From Chloroflexota bacterium (GTDB lineage: Bacteria > Chloroflexota > Limnocylindria > Limnocylindrales > CSP1-4): a stretch of DNA of 64,000 bases. This document shows, one piece after another, positions 44,926 to 60,367 of the stretch; the stretch's first letter is position 1, and every line of letters begins with the position of its first letter. The notes beneath the pieces were generated by a model. It had not been told where the DNA came from and ran no database searches. It worked only from the letters and a program-made list of their open reading frames with translations. The translations under genes were made by a program, and so were the position numbers. The stretch spans positions 5,384 to 69,383 of the forward strand of contig JADDQH010000003.1 of the NCBI GenBank assembly GCA_016781485.1, written 5' to 3'.

Positions 44926-46179
44926 CTAGAGCGAGCGGACGAAGCGCTCGATCCGGCGGACGGCCTCCTGAAGGCCCTCGAAGCTCGTCGCGTACGACGC
45001 CCGGACGTGGCCCTCCCCGGACGGCCCGAACGCGGTGCCCGGGATGACCGCGACCTGGTGCTCGAACAGGAGACGCTCGGCGAACTCCTCGCTCGAGAGG
45101 CCGGTCCCCTTGATGCTCGGGAACGCGTAGAACGCGCCGTGCGGATCGAACGTGGGCAGCCCGATCCGGTTCAGCTCGGCCACGAACATCCGGCGTCGGC
45201 GGTCGTACTCGTCGACCATCCGGAGAACGTCATGTTCCGCGCCGGTCAACGCCGTGACCGCGGCGTCCTGCGCCGTCGTCGGCGCCGACATGATCTGGTA
45301 CTGGTGGATCTTGACGAACCCTTCGAGGAGCTCGCGCGGCGCGCACGCGTACCCGACTCGCCACCCGGTCATCGCGTATGCCTTGGAGAAGCCGCCGAGC
45401 AGGACGGTTCGCTCGCGCATCCCCGGCAAGGAGCTGAACGCGCGATGACGGTGACCGGCGTAGACGAGGCGGTCGTAGATCTCGTCGCTGACGACGAGCA
45501 GGTCGTGGCGCTCGGCGATATCGGCGATGGCGTCGAGCGTGTCGTGCGCGAGGACGGCACCCGTCGGGTTGCAGGGATAGCCGAGGAAGATCGCCTTGGT
45601 TCGCGGAGTCACCGCTGCCTCCACCTCCGCGGGGTCGAGCTCGAAGGCTCGCTCGGCGCGGGTCGAGACGAAGACGGGGACGCCTCCGCTGAACACGATC
45701 GCCGGGACGTAGGCGACGTACGACGGCTCGTGGAGGATGACCTCGTCACCAGGATCGACGATCGCGGCCATCGTCACGGCCAGCGCCTCGGAGGCCCCGA
45801 CCGTCACGCAGATCTCGCCCTCGGGGTCGTAGCGGACCCCGTAGAGCCGCTCGAGGTGACCGCTCAGTCCCCGCCGGAGGTCGAGCGTGCCGTAGTTGCT
45901 CGTGTAGTGGGTCCGGCCGGCTCGGAGCGATCGGACGCCCTCCTCGACGATCTGGGGAGGCGTCGTGAAGTCCGGCTCGCCGACGCCGAGGCTGATGACG
46001 TCCGGCATCGTCGCGATGACGTCGAAGTACTTCCGGATCCCGGATGGCGGCACGCGGCGGACGCGCTCGGCAAGACGCTCGCGCACGACGGGCACGGGCG
46101 CGGACTGGACGGCTCCCGGGGTCGGCGGGACGGGCTCGGGCGCGGCGCTCCGGTGCGACATGAGCGGTTCGATCGACAT
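44926..46179 (-). CDS. Class I/II PLP aminotransferase
   Basis: LGVGEPDF, NPTG, SDEIY, GFSKAYAMTGWRVG. Confidence 0.92.
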   Translation of the reverse strand: MSIEPLMSHRSAAPEPVPPTPGAVQSAPVPVVRERLAERVRRVPPSGIRKYFDVIATMPDVISLGVGEPDFTTPPQIVEEGVRSLRAGRTHYTSNYGTLDLRRGLSGHLERLYGVRYDPEGEICVTVGASEALAVTMAAIVDPGDEVILHEPSYVAYVPAIVFSGGVPVFVSTRAERAFELDPAEVEAAVTPRTKAIFLGYPCNPTGAVLAHDTLDAIADIAERHDLLVVSDEIYDRLVYAGHRHRAFSSLPGMRERTVLLGGFSKAYAMTGWRVGYACAPRELLEGFVKIHQYQIMSAPTTAQDAAVTALTGAEHDVLRMVDEYDRRRRMFVAELNRIGLPTFDPHGAFYAFPSIKGTGLSSEEFAERLLFEHQVAVIPGTAFGPSGEGHVRASYATSFEGLQEAVRRIERFVRSL

Positions 46180-46225
46180 CAGTCTCCTCGAGAGTCGGCG
46201 CTCGGGCGGCGAGTATACGGGGACG

Positions 46226-47815
46226 TCACGCTCGCGCCGTGGCCAGACGTTCTGCGGGTGTCCGTGCCTCAGCGTCGTCGAGCGCGGTGAGATCCGCGGG
46301 CTCGAGACGGCGCCAGTCCGCGTCCGCCGTGATCGCCTCGTACGCGCGCGCGAGCTGGAAGAGCCTCGACTCGTCCCAGGCCCGGCCGATGAACTGCAGA
46401 CCGACGGGCAGCCCCTCGCTCAGCCCGCACGGGATCGAGACGCCAGGCAGGCCGGCCATGTTGACGGGCAGCGTGCAGGCGTCCGAGAGGTACATCGCGA
46501 CGGGATCGGTGAGCCTGGCGGCGAACGGGAACGCCACCGTGGGACTGGTCGGCGCGACGAGCGCGTCGACCTTCGCGAACGCCTCGTCGAAGTCCTTCTT
46601 GATCAGCGTCCGGACCTTCTGCGCCTTCAGGTAGTACGCGTCGTAATACCCAGCCGACAGGGCGTACGTGCCGAGCATGATCCGCCGCTTGACCTCCGCG
46701 CCGAAGCCGCTCCCCCGCGTCGCGAGATAGTTCTCGAGCACGTTGCCGGCGCGGCTGCTGTACCCGTACCGGATCCCGTCGTACCGCGCGAGGTTCGCCG
46801 AAGCCTCGGCGGGCGCGATGATGTAGTACGTTGCGAGCCCGTAGTCGGTGTGCGGGAGGTCGACGTCGACGATCTGGGCGCCGGCCGACTCGAGCGCACG
46901 GACAGCCGCGCGCACGCGGGCCTCTACACCCGGCTCCATCCCGGTCACGAAGTACTGCCGGGGCAGCCCCAGGCGCGCTCCGCGGAGCGAAGCCGCCGCT
47001 TCGTCGTCGCTAGCGGGCAGGGCCGCGGCGTAGTCGGGCACCGGCACGGGCGCGGACGTCGCGTCCCGGTCGTCACGGCCAGCCACGGCCTGCAACAGCA
47101 GCGCGGCATCGCGGACGTCCCGGCCGAACGGCCCGATCTGGTCGAGCGAGCTCGCGAACGCGACGATGCCGTATCGACTGACCCGACCGTACGTCGGCTT
47201 CATCCCCACGATCCCGCACAGCGCCGCCGGCTGCCGGATGGACCCGCCCGTGTCGGTTCCGATCGACACCGGGACGTGGTAGGCCGCGACGGCCGCGGCG
47301 GAACCCCCGCTGCTCCCGCCCGGGACTCGGTCGAGGTCCCAGGGGTTGCTCGTCGGGCCCCACGCCGAGTGCTCCGTGGAGGAGCCCATCGCGAACTCGT
47401 CCATGTTGGTCTTGCCCGGTACGACCGCGCCCGCCTCTTCCAGCCGCTCCGCGATGTGGGCGTCATAGGGGCTGACGAAGCCTTCGAGGATCCGGCTCCC
47501 GGCCGTCGCGGTCTGGCCGCGGGTCAGGACGAGATCCTTGAGCGCGACCGGGATGCCGAGGAGCGCCGGGAGGGCGGCGAGCGCGTCGGGGCCAGTAGTC
47601 CGCGCACGTGCCAGGCGTTCGTCCGCTTCCCTCGCCTTGGCGCGTGCGCGTTCCCCATCAAGGAAAAGCCACGCGCCGAGCCGCTCGTCCTGACGGGACG
47701 CGAGCGCGAGGTGCGCGTCGAGCAGCTCACCGGCAGTGAAGTCGCCGCGGCGGAGCGCGGCGGCCATCTCGTGAGCGTGGAGCCGCGTCAGCAAGGGAAC
47801 GGCGGAGTCAGCCAT
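46226..47815 (-). CDS. gatA: Amidotransferase subunit A
   Basis: PGGSSGGS, GTDTGGSIRQPA, KRRIMLG. Confidence 0.96.
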   Translation of the reverse strand: MADSAVPLLTRLHAHEMAAALRRGDFTAGELLDAHLALASRQDERLGAWLFLDGERARAKAREADERLARARTTGPDALAALPALLGIPVALKDLVLTRGQTATAGSRILEGFVSPYDAHIAERLEEAGAVVPGKTNMDEFAMGSSTEHSAWGPTSNPWDLDRVPGGSSGGSAAAVAAYHVPVSIGTDTGGSIRQPAALCGIVGMKPTYGRVSRYGIVAFASSLDQIGPFGRDVRDAALLLQAVAGRDDRDATSAPVPVPDYAAALPASDDEAAASLRGARLGLPRQYFVTGMEPGVEARVRAAVRALESAGAQIVDVDLPHTDYGLATYYIIAPAEASANLARYDGIRYGYSSRAGNVLENYLATRGSGFGAEVKRRIMLGTYALSAGYYDAYYLKAQKVRTLIKKDFDEAFAKVDALVAPTSPTVAFPFAARLTDPVAMYLSDACTLPVNMAGLPGVSIPCGLSEGLPVGLQFIGRAWDESRLFQLARAYEAITADADWRRLEPADLTALDDAEARTPAERLATARA

Positions 47816-47839
47816 GTGCCGACGTGCGGCGACGACGAG

Positions 47840-48142
47840 TCACTCGCCCGCGCCGCCGATGATCGCGGGCACGACGAACACATCGCCGGCCCGCTCGGGT
47901 GCGTTCGACAGCACCTCGTCAGACGGGAGCGATGGCATCGGGACGTCCTCGCGGAGGATGTTCTCGAGCTCGATCGTCTGCGCGGTCGGCGGGATCCGCT
48001 CGGTATCCAGCTCGGCGAGCACGCGGTACTGGTCCAGGATGTGGTTCAGCTGCCCCTCGAGCCGCGTTAGCTCTTCCTCGCTCAGCCCGAGCCGCGCGAG
48101 GTACGCGACGTGCTCCACGTCAGCACGGGTGAGTTCGGCCAC
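47840..48142 (-). CDS. gatC: Amidotransferase subunit C
   Basis: VEHVAYLARL, LRED, NAP; adjacent to gatA. Confidence 0.93.
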   Translation of the reverse strand: MAELTRADVEHVAYLARLGLSEEELTRLEGQLNHILDQYRVLAELDTERIPPTAQTIELENILREDVPMPSLPSDEVLSNAPERAGDVFVVPAIIGGAGE

Positions 48143-48202
48143 GGGCTCAGGATAGCGGAGCGGCGCGCAGTCCCTCCTCCACCCCGTCGCCGCTGACGAT
48201 CG

Positions 48203-51200
48203 TCAGCGCTGGACGACCGTCACAGCCGAGGCTGGCGCCGAGTACGTCTGATCGCCGTAGAACTGGGCGCGATTCACGAGCAGCGTCCCATCGGCGAGCG
48301 TCTTCCACAGTCGCACCCTGAGGTAGACGGTCCCGGTCCCGTCAGTCGGGACCGTCCCGAGTGACCACTTCACCTGGCGTCTACTCGCGTCGTACGTCCC
48401 GCCGTTCGTCGCCGAGTAGAACGAGACGCCGGTCGGGAGGCTGTCGACGATACGGGCGTGCGCCGACGCGAACGGGCCGAGGTTCTTGTACGACAGTGCG
48501 TAGCGGATGACCGTCGCAGGAGCGGCCTCCGTGGGCCCGGTCTTCCGGAGCACGACGAACGGGTCGTCGGGGTCGTCGTCGCGGATCGTGCCGACGCCCC
48601 GGGCATCAGCGATCGTCGCGTTGACGGCGCTCGAGAGGTTGACGTAGAACGTTTCCGTCAGCTCCCGGCGGTTCTCTCCCTTGATCGCGACCCGGATCGT
48701 CTTGGTCACCTGCCCTGGGCTGAACCAAAGCGTCCCGCTGCGCGCCGTGTAGTCATCAGGCGCGCGCGCACTCCCGTCCTGGGTCGCGAAGCGGACCGTC
48801 ACAGTCTTGCCGCTCGCCTTGTCCAGCCGGACGGTGAAGTCGGCGTAGGAGGTGGTGTCACGCTCGGTGACGCTGACGTCGTTGATCCGCAGCGACGGGA
48901 GCGGGTCGTTGTCGAGGATCGTTCCGACGCCCCGGCCATCTGCGAGGATGGCGCCCGACAGGTTCACGTAGAACCGCTCGTTCCACTCGTCCGTCGTGTC
49001 GCCCAGCACCGGGATGCTGACCGTCTTGCGCGTCTCTCCGGCAGCGAACGTCACGGATCCGCTCTTCGCGGTGTAGTCCTTCCCGGCGCGTGCGGTGCCG
49101 TCGGCGGTCGCGTACTTGACCGTCACGGCGTTGGCGCTCGCGTTCGGCATCGTGAGCGCGAACGTGGCGTTCCTCGAACCCGAGTCACCCTCCGTGACGG
49201 TCACGTCGTTGATCGAGATCGGGGGATGACGCGTCCAGTCGAGCGTGTTCTCGAGCACCTGGTATCCCGTATACGTGAGGGCATAGTTCGCCAGCCCGAA
49301 CGGGTGGTAGTACTGCTCGGTCGGCATCGGGAGGAGTGGCCCGATGATCCGAACGCGCCCGTTCCCGACCTTCAGCTCGCCGAGCGTCACCTGGTCCGCT
49401 GTCGTGAGCCCGACCGTGCGCCCCCCCTTCTTCTCCCACTCCACCTGGTCGATCGCCCAGACGGGTGACGCGTTGAAGTCGGCCCCGCTCTCGTTCTGGA
49501 TCGCGTACCCGATCGGCACCGGTTCGTAGGTCTGGTGCCGATGGCCTTCGCCTTCGGCGGCGCCGGGCTGGTTCACGTTCCTGGCCAGCGGGTCGTCGTA
49601 GGTCGTCCCCTCGCCGTCCCGGGTGAAGCCGATGTATCCGGCGTAGACCGTGAAGTTGTTGATGATGTTGCGCGGCAGGACTCCCATGTAGGCGACGTTC
49701 TTCAAGGCCGCGTCGGTGAGCACGAGGTTTCCACCGCGCTCCGCAAAGGAGCGGAGTTTCGCGCCCCACGCGTTCCTCTCCTCGAGCGATCGCGCAGAGG
49801 GTGGGCGAGGCGGGCCAGCGTACTCGTTGGAGAAGGCGACCTTGAATTCGTTCGGAGGCTGCGTCCCGGCCCAGTTGATGATCCGAGCGCGGTAGTGGCC
49901 GACAGGAGGCGTCAGGATCGTGACGTCCTCGTTCCCGGTCGCCGTCGTCGAAGAACCCACGTTGAACCACTCGCCGGTGATCCTGCTCTGCCGCTGAAGG
50001 TACAGATCCCAGTCGTTCTCGGCGGCCTCCGGCGCCCTGAGCGTCACACTGAGCTGCTGGTTGTTGGATTCGGCACTCGCGTCGAATTCGTAGTCCACGT
50101 GACAGGTCGGCGGAAGCACGGGGTTCGTCGGGTAGGCACACGGGACAGTGGCGGCGGCCGTGAGGCCGTTCGAACCAGGATCCGTCGTCGGGTTCTTCGT
50201 GAAGCCCGGCTGGGCCGGTCCGGTCGGGATCGGCTCCGTGAAGCCGGGCAGCGGATCGTCCGCGATCACGAGGCTCGTGAACCGGTCGAGGTTCACGCTT
50301 CCCGTCAGGACGTCGTCGACGCTCACCGGGACGAGCTGGCCCGGGTCCATGTTCCGGGCGAGGTCGGCGAAGAACTTCATGTTGGTCGCGTTGTACGGGA
50401 GCTGGCCGGGATCCTCCCACGCCTTCTCCTGGCTGAACGTGATGTCGAGATCGACGTACCCGTTCGCCGCGCTCTGGGTCACGAGCCCGCCGGTGACGCA
50501 GATGCGCCAGCGCCCGGGGATCGGGAGATTCGTGTGGACGGCCTGACCCGCCTGGAGATAGACCGAGGACTGGTTGAAGTACCGGTTGATCTCCTGCCAC
50601 CGGTCCCTGTCCGTGGCACAGCGCGTGTTGTCCGTGGTCGTGTTCGGGTCGGCCTCCTCGGGCCGGTACCGCTCGAGCACTAGCGACGTGGTCGACTCCG
50701 CGCTCACGCCCTCGACGTTCGTGGCCGTCGCCTTACCCTCGACCCCCCCGTTGTAGACGCCGTCCTTCTGGCCCTTGATCTCGAATTCCTTCGTGTATCC
50801 GTTCGTCGGGTCGAGCCGCACATCCATGATCGGCTCCTGCGGGTCCAGGCCTTCGCCGGGCACCGGCGCCAGGAGCTCGCCCTCGTTCCGCAACACCTGC
50901 GGGTTGTAGACGTACCCGACCTTGCCGGGTGCACGGAACCTGGTCTCCTCGGGCAGCAGGCTGAAGTTGACCATCGCGTAGATGAGGCTCTTGTTGCCGT
51001 CGACATGCAGCTGCTCCGCGTCCTTCAGGTAGCACGACCCGGTGCCGCAGTTGCTCAGGTGCGACAGGCTCATCTCGTTATCGATCCCGTCACCGTTCAG
51101 ACCCAGCGGAGAGTCGATCCAGTCTCCGAGGGATCCCGTCACCGTGTAGTCGATCGTGTCCCATACGGTTCCCCATTGGACGCCGTAGACGCGGGGGTCG

Positions 51201-52468
51201 TCCTCCGGAGCGTCGTTCGGCTTGATCGCAGGCGACCACTTCAGCCGAGCTTCGGCGTCGGCCCACGCGCCCTTTACGGTCTGGAGGATCCGTTGGTTCT
51301 TCGAGTAGTTCCGCTCGGACGCCCCGAGCAGAGTGAACGAGAAGGCGCGGTCGATGAGCTGGCCGTGGAGATCGATCCCGCCGTCCCATTTCGGGTTGCC
51401 GTTCGCGTCCTTGGGACCGATCTCCTGAAGGACCTTGCCGAACGAGCGCGTCTCCGGCTCTGACCAGGGCGTATATGGCTTGAACGTGTAGCCGATCGTC
51501 GGCCAGTCCCGGTTCATGTCCACGCCGTTGCCGTTGTAGCGCTGGTAGAACCGGACGACGTTCCCCTCGGCGTTCGTGCCCTCGATGCCCGTCACAGGGT
51601 CGCCACGCCGCCAGCCATCGGGGTTTGCGAACACGAAATAGATCACGGACTGCTTCAGGGCGGAACCGGCCTTGACGCTCGTCGCCGGCTGTGTCTCGAG
51701 CAGGGGGTGAGGGATGTCACCCTCCTGCGGGCAGCCGACGGGCGCCGTCGGCGTCTCGACAGCTTCGCCGTTGTTGATCGCCTCGCAGTAGGCCCATGTG
51801 GCCAGATCCTCGGCGGCGCGGGCGCCGGCCTCGACACCCGCCCGCTCGATGCCGTGGATCGAGAGCGGGAACACGAAATGCCGCTTCCCAGCCGTCGGAT
51901 CGCCCCCGACCGCCACGCGCTCGTCGGTCACTCGGATCATGTACAGGTCCGAGCGCAGCCGGTCCGGAGATACCCCTTGCCTCGGCAGCCCCGCGGAGCA
52001 CATGTCGAGGTTGCTTGTGGACCTCGAGCAGTCGTCGCCGCCTCCGAAGTCCTCCTCGAGCCGGTGGAACTCGATGAACTGCGGGAACAGCTGCTCCAGG
52101 TAGGTCGACCCGTCGATCATGTCCTGATAGGTGAGGAAGTCGTTGGCCTGGCACTCGGCGTTGCCCTTCGCCCAAGGCGAGCGTCCCGGCGCCTGGGCGT
52201 CGGGGACGCCATCGGTGGGCGTCCAGTACGCGTGAGGGTCGGAGAAGACGCGGCCGCACAGCAGATACGAGGCGTCGTCGGGCGCCGTCCCCGACGGCCT
52301 CGGCTGCGCGTTCGTCGCGTCGCCGATCACCGTTGCGGGCGCGCTCGCACCGATCGCGACACCCGGTCCGGATGCGGCCAGGAGCGCGGTCACGAGCAGG
52401 AGGACGGGCAACACTCGTGCCGACGAATCAGCGCGGGTACGTGCAGCCGAAGTTCTCACGGACCGCAT
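48203..52468 (-). CDS. Large secreted protein: M14-like peptidase + PPC-like domain + 2 Calx-beta + DUF11-like domain
   Basis: Signal peptide; IHGIE, NPDG, RYNGNGVDMNRDW, DLHG; DWDLY; two Calx-beta repeats (TADGTA/TQDGSA..DY); final KTGP..Y..N.GP..D.LP domain. Confidence 0.8.
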   Translation of the reverse strand: MRSVRTSAARTRADSSARVLPVLLLVTALLAASGPGVAIGASAPATVIGDATNAQPRPSGTAPDDASYLLCGRVFSDPHAYWTPTDGVPDAQAPGRSPWAKGNAECQANDFLTYQDMIDGSTYLEQLFPQFIEFHRLEEDFGGGDDCSRSTSNLDMCSAGLPRQGVSPDRLRSDLYMIRVTDERVAVGGDPTAGKRHFVFPLSIHGIERAGVEAGARAAEDLATWAYCEAINNGEAVETPTAPVGCPQEGDIPHPLLETQPATSVKAGSALKQSVIYFVFANPDGWRRGDPVTGIEGTNAEGNVVRFYQRYNGNGVDMNRDWPTIGYTFKPYTPWSEPETRSFGKVLQEIGPKDANGNPKWDGGIDLHGQLIDRAFSFTLLGASERNYSKNQRILQTVKGAWADAEARLKWSPAIKPNDAPEDDPRVYGVQWGTVWDTIDYTVTGSLGDWIDSPLGLNGDGIDNEMSLSHLSNCGTGSCYLKDAEQLHVDGNKSLIYAMVNFSLLPEETRFRAPGKVGYVYNPQVLRNEGELLAPVPGEGLDPQEPIMDVRLDPTNGYTKEFEIKGQKDGVYNGGVEGKATATNVEGVSAESTTSLVLERYRPEEADPNTTTDNTRCATDRDRWQEINRYFNQSSVYLQAGQAVHTNLPIPGRWRICVTGGLVTQSAANGYVDLDITFSQEKAWEDPGQLPYNATNMKFFADLARNMDPGQLVPVSVDDVLTGSVNLDRFTSLVIADDPLPGFTEPIPTGPAQPGFTKNPTTDPGSNGLTAAATVPCAYPTNPVLPPTCHVDYEFDASAESNNQQLSVTLRAPEAAENDWDLYLQRQSRITGEWFNVGSSTTATGNEDVTILTPPVGHYRARIINWAGTQPPNEFKVAFSNEYAGPPRPPSARSLEERNAWGAKLRSFAERGGNLVLTDAALKNVAYMGVLPRNIINNFTVYAGYIGFTRDGEGTTYDDPLARNVNQPGAAEGEGHRHQTYEPVPIGYAIQNESGADFNASPVWAIDQVEWEKKGGRTVGLTTADQVTLGELKVGNGRVRIIGPLLPMPTEQYYHPFGLANYALTYTGYQVLENTLDWTRHPPISINDVTVTEGDSGSRNATFALTMPNASANAVTVKYATADGTARAGKDYTAKSGSVTFAAGETRKTVSIPVLGDTTDEWNERFYVNLSGAILADGRGVGTILDNDPLPSLRINDVSVTERDTTSYADFTVRLDKASGKTVTVRFATQDGSARAPDDYTARSGTLWFSPGQVTKTIRVAIKGENRRELTETFYVNLSSAVNATIADARGVGTIRDDDPDDPFVVLRKTGPTEAAPATVIRYALSYKNLGPFASAHARIVDSLPTGVSFYSATNGGTYDASRRQVKWSLGTVPTDGTGTVYLRVRLWKTLADGTLLVNRAQFYGDQTYSAPASAVTVVQR

Positions 52469-52638
52469 CAGGACCTCCCATCGCGGGGCTCGCGCCACGC
52501 CATCCCTCGGCGGTCAGGGGTAGTGCCATGCATGGCGCCGGCATGACCACGCCGCCGCGTGCTCACGCCGCCTGTCCTTCGGTTCGCCGGTGCCGCACGA
52601 GGTCGACGACCTCCATCGCGGCCGCTCTCCGCCGCGTC

Positions 52639-52806
52639 CTAGATCCGGTCGTCGTCGCGGATGTAGCCGACGCCTCGCCCGTCGACGATGGTGCCGTTCG
52701 CCGCGCTGCTCAGGTTGATCGCCGCGCCCGGAATGCCGAGCGCGACGGACACCGCGAGGACCGTCCCCACCGCCGCCGTTCGCGCAGATCGATCGTTCAT
52801 CGTCAT
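52639..52806 (-). pseudogene. Signal peptide joined to a Calx-beta tail fragment (deletion remnant)
   Basis: MTMNDRSARTAAVGTVLAVSVALGIPGAA + INLSSAANGTIVDGRGVGYIRDDD, which resembles VNLSSAVNATIADARGVGTIRDDD in the neighbouring gene. Confidence 0.6.
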
Positions 52807-52947
52807 CCCGGTCGTCCCCTCAGTGCCCCTCGTCGCGCGCCATCGCGGGCGCGAGGAACACTTATACACGCTAGTACTGCCGAGCGATAGCCCTTTAGTA
52901 CTGGCTGGAGTGCCAGGGTGTCGATGCCGGACACCCTCGGAGTCCGG

Positions 52948-57944
<4,997 letters not shown>

Positions 57945-58101
57945 GCGTCGATTCTACCGATGGCCCCTTTCCCGCGACTCGCGGCGCCCCAGCTCGGACC
58001 CCCCTTCCATCAGCGCGGTGTCTCGACCGTCAGCGCCGCCAAGCGGGCACGGCGTGGCGCGACGGGACCGGTGGCGTCGAGAGTAGCGCCCGGACAGGCA
58101 G

Positions 58102-59442
58102 TCAGCGTGCCGGGAGCACGATGAGGAACGTCGTCCCCCCAGGGCCCGTGCTCTCGACACCGATCCGTCCGCCGTTCGCGGCCAGGAGCTCGCGAGCGAT
58201 CGTGAGGCCGATCCCGGCGCCACCGGGGCGGGTACGTGCGGGGTCGGCTCGATAGAACCGCTCGAAGAGATGCGGGAGATGGGCTCGATCGATCCCCGGA
58301 CCCTCGTCGATCACGCGCACCTCGGACTCGCGCCCACCGCACTCAGCCCGAACGCGCACGGTGCCGCCCGGTCGGGTGTGCTGTGCCGCATTCGCCAGGA
58401 CGTTGCGGATCGCGCGCTCGATCTGGAGGCGGTCCGCCGACGCCGGCACCTCCTGCCCGTCTCCGTCGAGCTCCAGGTGCACTCCACGTTCGGCGTAGAG
58501 CGCGTCGAGAGCGCGACCCGCCTCAGCGACGACCGAACGCAGCTCGAGTCGCTCCGGGCGCCGCTGGAGACTCGCAGACTCCGCGCTGGCGAGGTCGGAC
58601 AGCTGACCGACGACACCGCTCAGCGCGGTGGCGGACGCGCGCGCCGACTCCAGGCGGTCGCGATTCGCGGGCACGACGGCGTCGACCATGGCCTGGAGCT
58701 GCGTCTCGAGGACGGTCGCCGGTGTCGCGAGGTCGTGGGCGATGTCGCTGGCAGCTCTCCTCCTGAGCTGCTCCGAGCGCTCGAGGCGCTCTGCCATGTC
58801 GTTGAAGGCCGCCGCGAGCTCTCGCGACTCGCGGTCAGGACCGCCTCGCGCTCGCGCTGACAGATCCCCCTCGCCGAGCTTCCCCGCGGCCTCGGCAAGG
58901 TCGCGGAGCGGTCGGGTCAGACGCTTGGAGAGGAGCGCCGCAACGACGAGGATCGCGAGGACGGTCACGGCGCCGCCGACGAGCAGGCTCAGGTTGAACG
59001 CGCGCAGGAAACGCTGGGGCGGGTCGGGCACGGGCGCGTCCACGGTCAGAGACCCGAGCGGTTCAGCACCGTCGTGCAGCGAGATCTGGTGACGCCTGAC
59101 CTGTGCAGAGCCGTCCAGCGGTCGTCCGGCCTGGGCGATCAGCTCCCCGCCCGGTCCGTGGATCCGGACGTGCGCGCCGAGGCGAGACGCGATCCGCGAG
59201 AGGAGACGTTCGGCCGGGCGCATCCGGCCCTGCTCCCTGTACAGCTCGAGGAGAGAGCCCCCCGCGAACTCGAGCCGCGCGCGCTCCTCGGCGCCGACGA
59301 GATCCTCGACGTTCCTCGTCACGAGCACGTTCACGAGGACGCCGACCGCGAGCAGCACGACGGCGACTCCCGCGACGAGCCACAGAGCCAGCCGGATCGC
59401 CAGTGAGTCGTGCGAGCGGGCCGGACCGAGGGGCGTGGTCAC
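58102..59442 (-). CDS. HAMP sensor histidine kinase (BaeS-like)
   Basis: Two TM segments, HAMP, AHDLATP, NVLANA, DEGPG, GAGIGL. Confidence 0.92.
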   Translation of the reverse strand: MTTPLGPARSHDSLAIRLALWLVAGVAVVLLAVGVLVNVLVTRNVEDLVGAEERARLEFAGGSLLELYREQGRMRPAERLLSRIASRLGAHVRIHGPGGELIAQAGRPLDGSAQVRRHQISLHDGAEPLGSLTVDAPVPDPPQRFLRAFNLSLLVGGAVTVLAILVVAALLSKRLTRPLRDLAEAAGKLGEGDLSARARGGPDRESRELAAAFNDMAERLERSEQLRRRAASDIAHDLATPATVLETQLQAMVDAVVPANRDRLESARASATALSGVVGQLSDLASAESASLQRRPERLELRSVVAEAGRALDALYAERGVHLELDGDGQEVPASADRLQIERAIRNVLANAAQHTRPGGTVRVRAECGGRESEVRVIDEGPGIDRAHLPHLFERFYRADPARTRPGGAGIGLTIARELLAANGGRIGVESTGPGGTTFLIVLPAR

Positions 59443-60176
59443 TGCGACGAACCGGGATCGACCGAAGCGATGAGCCGATATCCGATCGCGGGGATGGTCT
59501 CGATGAGCCAGGGCGCGTCGCTGTCGTCGCGCAGCTTCCGCCGCAGGTTCGCGACATGCGCGTCAACGAGCCGGTCGTAGACGTCATCGGGACGGCGCGC
59601 GATCGACTCGAGCAGCTGCGGACGCGTGAACGGAGCGCCCGGCCGGCGGGCGAGCGTCTGCAGAAGGCGAAACTCGCCCGGCGTCAGCCGCCCCGCGCCC
59701 TCGCCCGACAGCGAATACCTCCTCGTCAGCGGGTCGACGACGAGCCGGCCGCCAGAAAGGGACAGCACCGAGTCCTCGACGATCTTCGAGTGTCCGGCCC
59801 GGCGAAGGATCGCCTCGACACGGGCGAGCAGCTCGTGGGGGTTGAAGGGCTTGCCGAGGTAGTCATCTGCGCCCAGCCGCAGCCCCGCGATCCTCTCGGC
59901 GTCGCTCCGCTTCGCCGAAGCGACGAGGATGGGCACTGACGAGACGGCGCGCAGAGCCGTCATGACCGCCTCACCCTGGAGACCAGGGAGCATCAGGTCC
60001 AGGACGACGAGGTCCGGTTGCGCAGCCTCGAACGACGCAAGCGCGGCCCGTCCGTCACCCGCCTCGATCACCTCGTACCACTCGCGCTCGAGGTAGAGAC
60101 GCAGCAGCGACCGAAGTTGCGGCTCGTCCTCGACGATGAGGATCCGTGCGCGCCCCGGTGACGCCGTCGATGCCAT
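59439..60176 (-). CDS. OmpR-family response regulator
   Basis: VEDE, LDLMLP, KPF, DAHVANLRRKL, GYRL. Confidence 0.92.
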   Translation of the reverse strand: MASTASPGRARILIVEDEPQLRSLLRLYLEREWYEVIEAGDGRAALASFEAAQPDLVVLDLMLPGLQGEAVMTALRAVSSVPILVASAKRSDAERIAGLRLGADDYLGKPFNPHELLARVEAILRRAGHSKIVEDSVLSLSGGRLVVDPLTRRYSLSGEGAGRLTPGEFRLLQTLARRPGAPFTRPQLLESIARRPDDVYDRLVDAHVANLRRKLRDDSDAPWLIETIPAIGYRLIASVDPGSSQ

Positions 60177-60201
60177 CTGGGCGCATCGTAGCCAGCGAAC
60201 G

Positions 60202-60249
60202 ATGAAGACCCTGTGAAGGACCTGTCACCCTTCTTGATGCCGTCTTCAT
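60202..60249. promoter_or_regulatory. Putative OmpR-type binding sites
   Basis: 11-bp direct repeat TGAAGACCCTG/TGAAGGACCTG (60203-60224) plus inverted ATGAAGAC..GTCTTCAT. Confidence 0.5.
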
Positions 60250-60367
60250 GGACGCTGCCGATGATCGTGGCTGCATCGACGCGCGCTCCGAGCGGATGAT
60301 GGGAGTCGGAGTGTCGTCCCACGAGAGGGCGAAGAGCCCGGAGACAGAAGCCGAGGGTGGTGACGAG

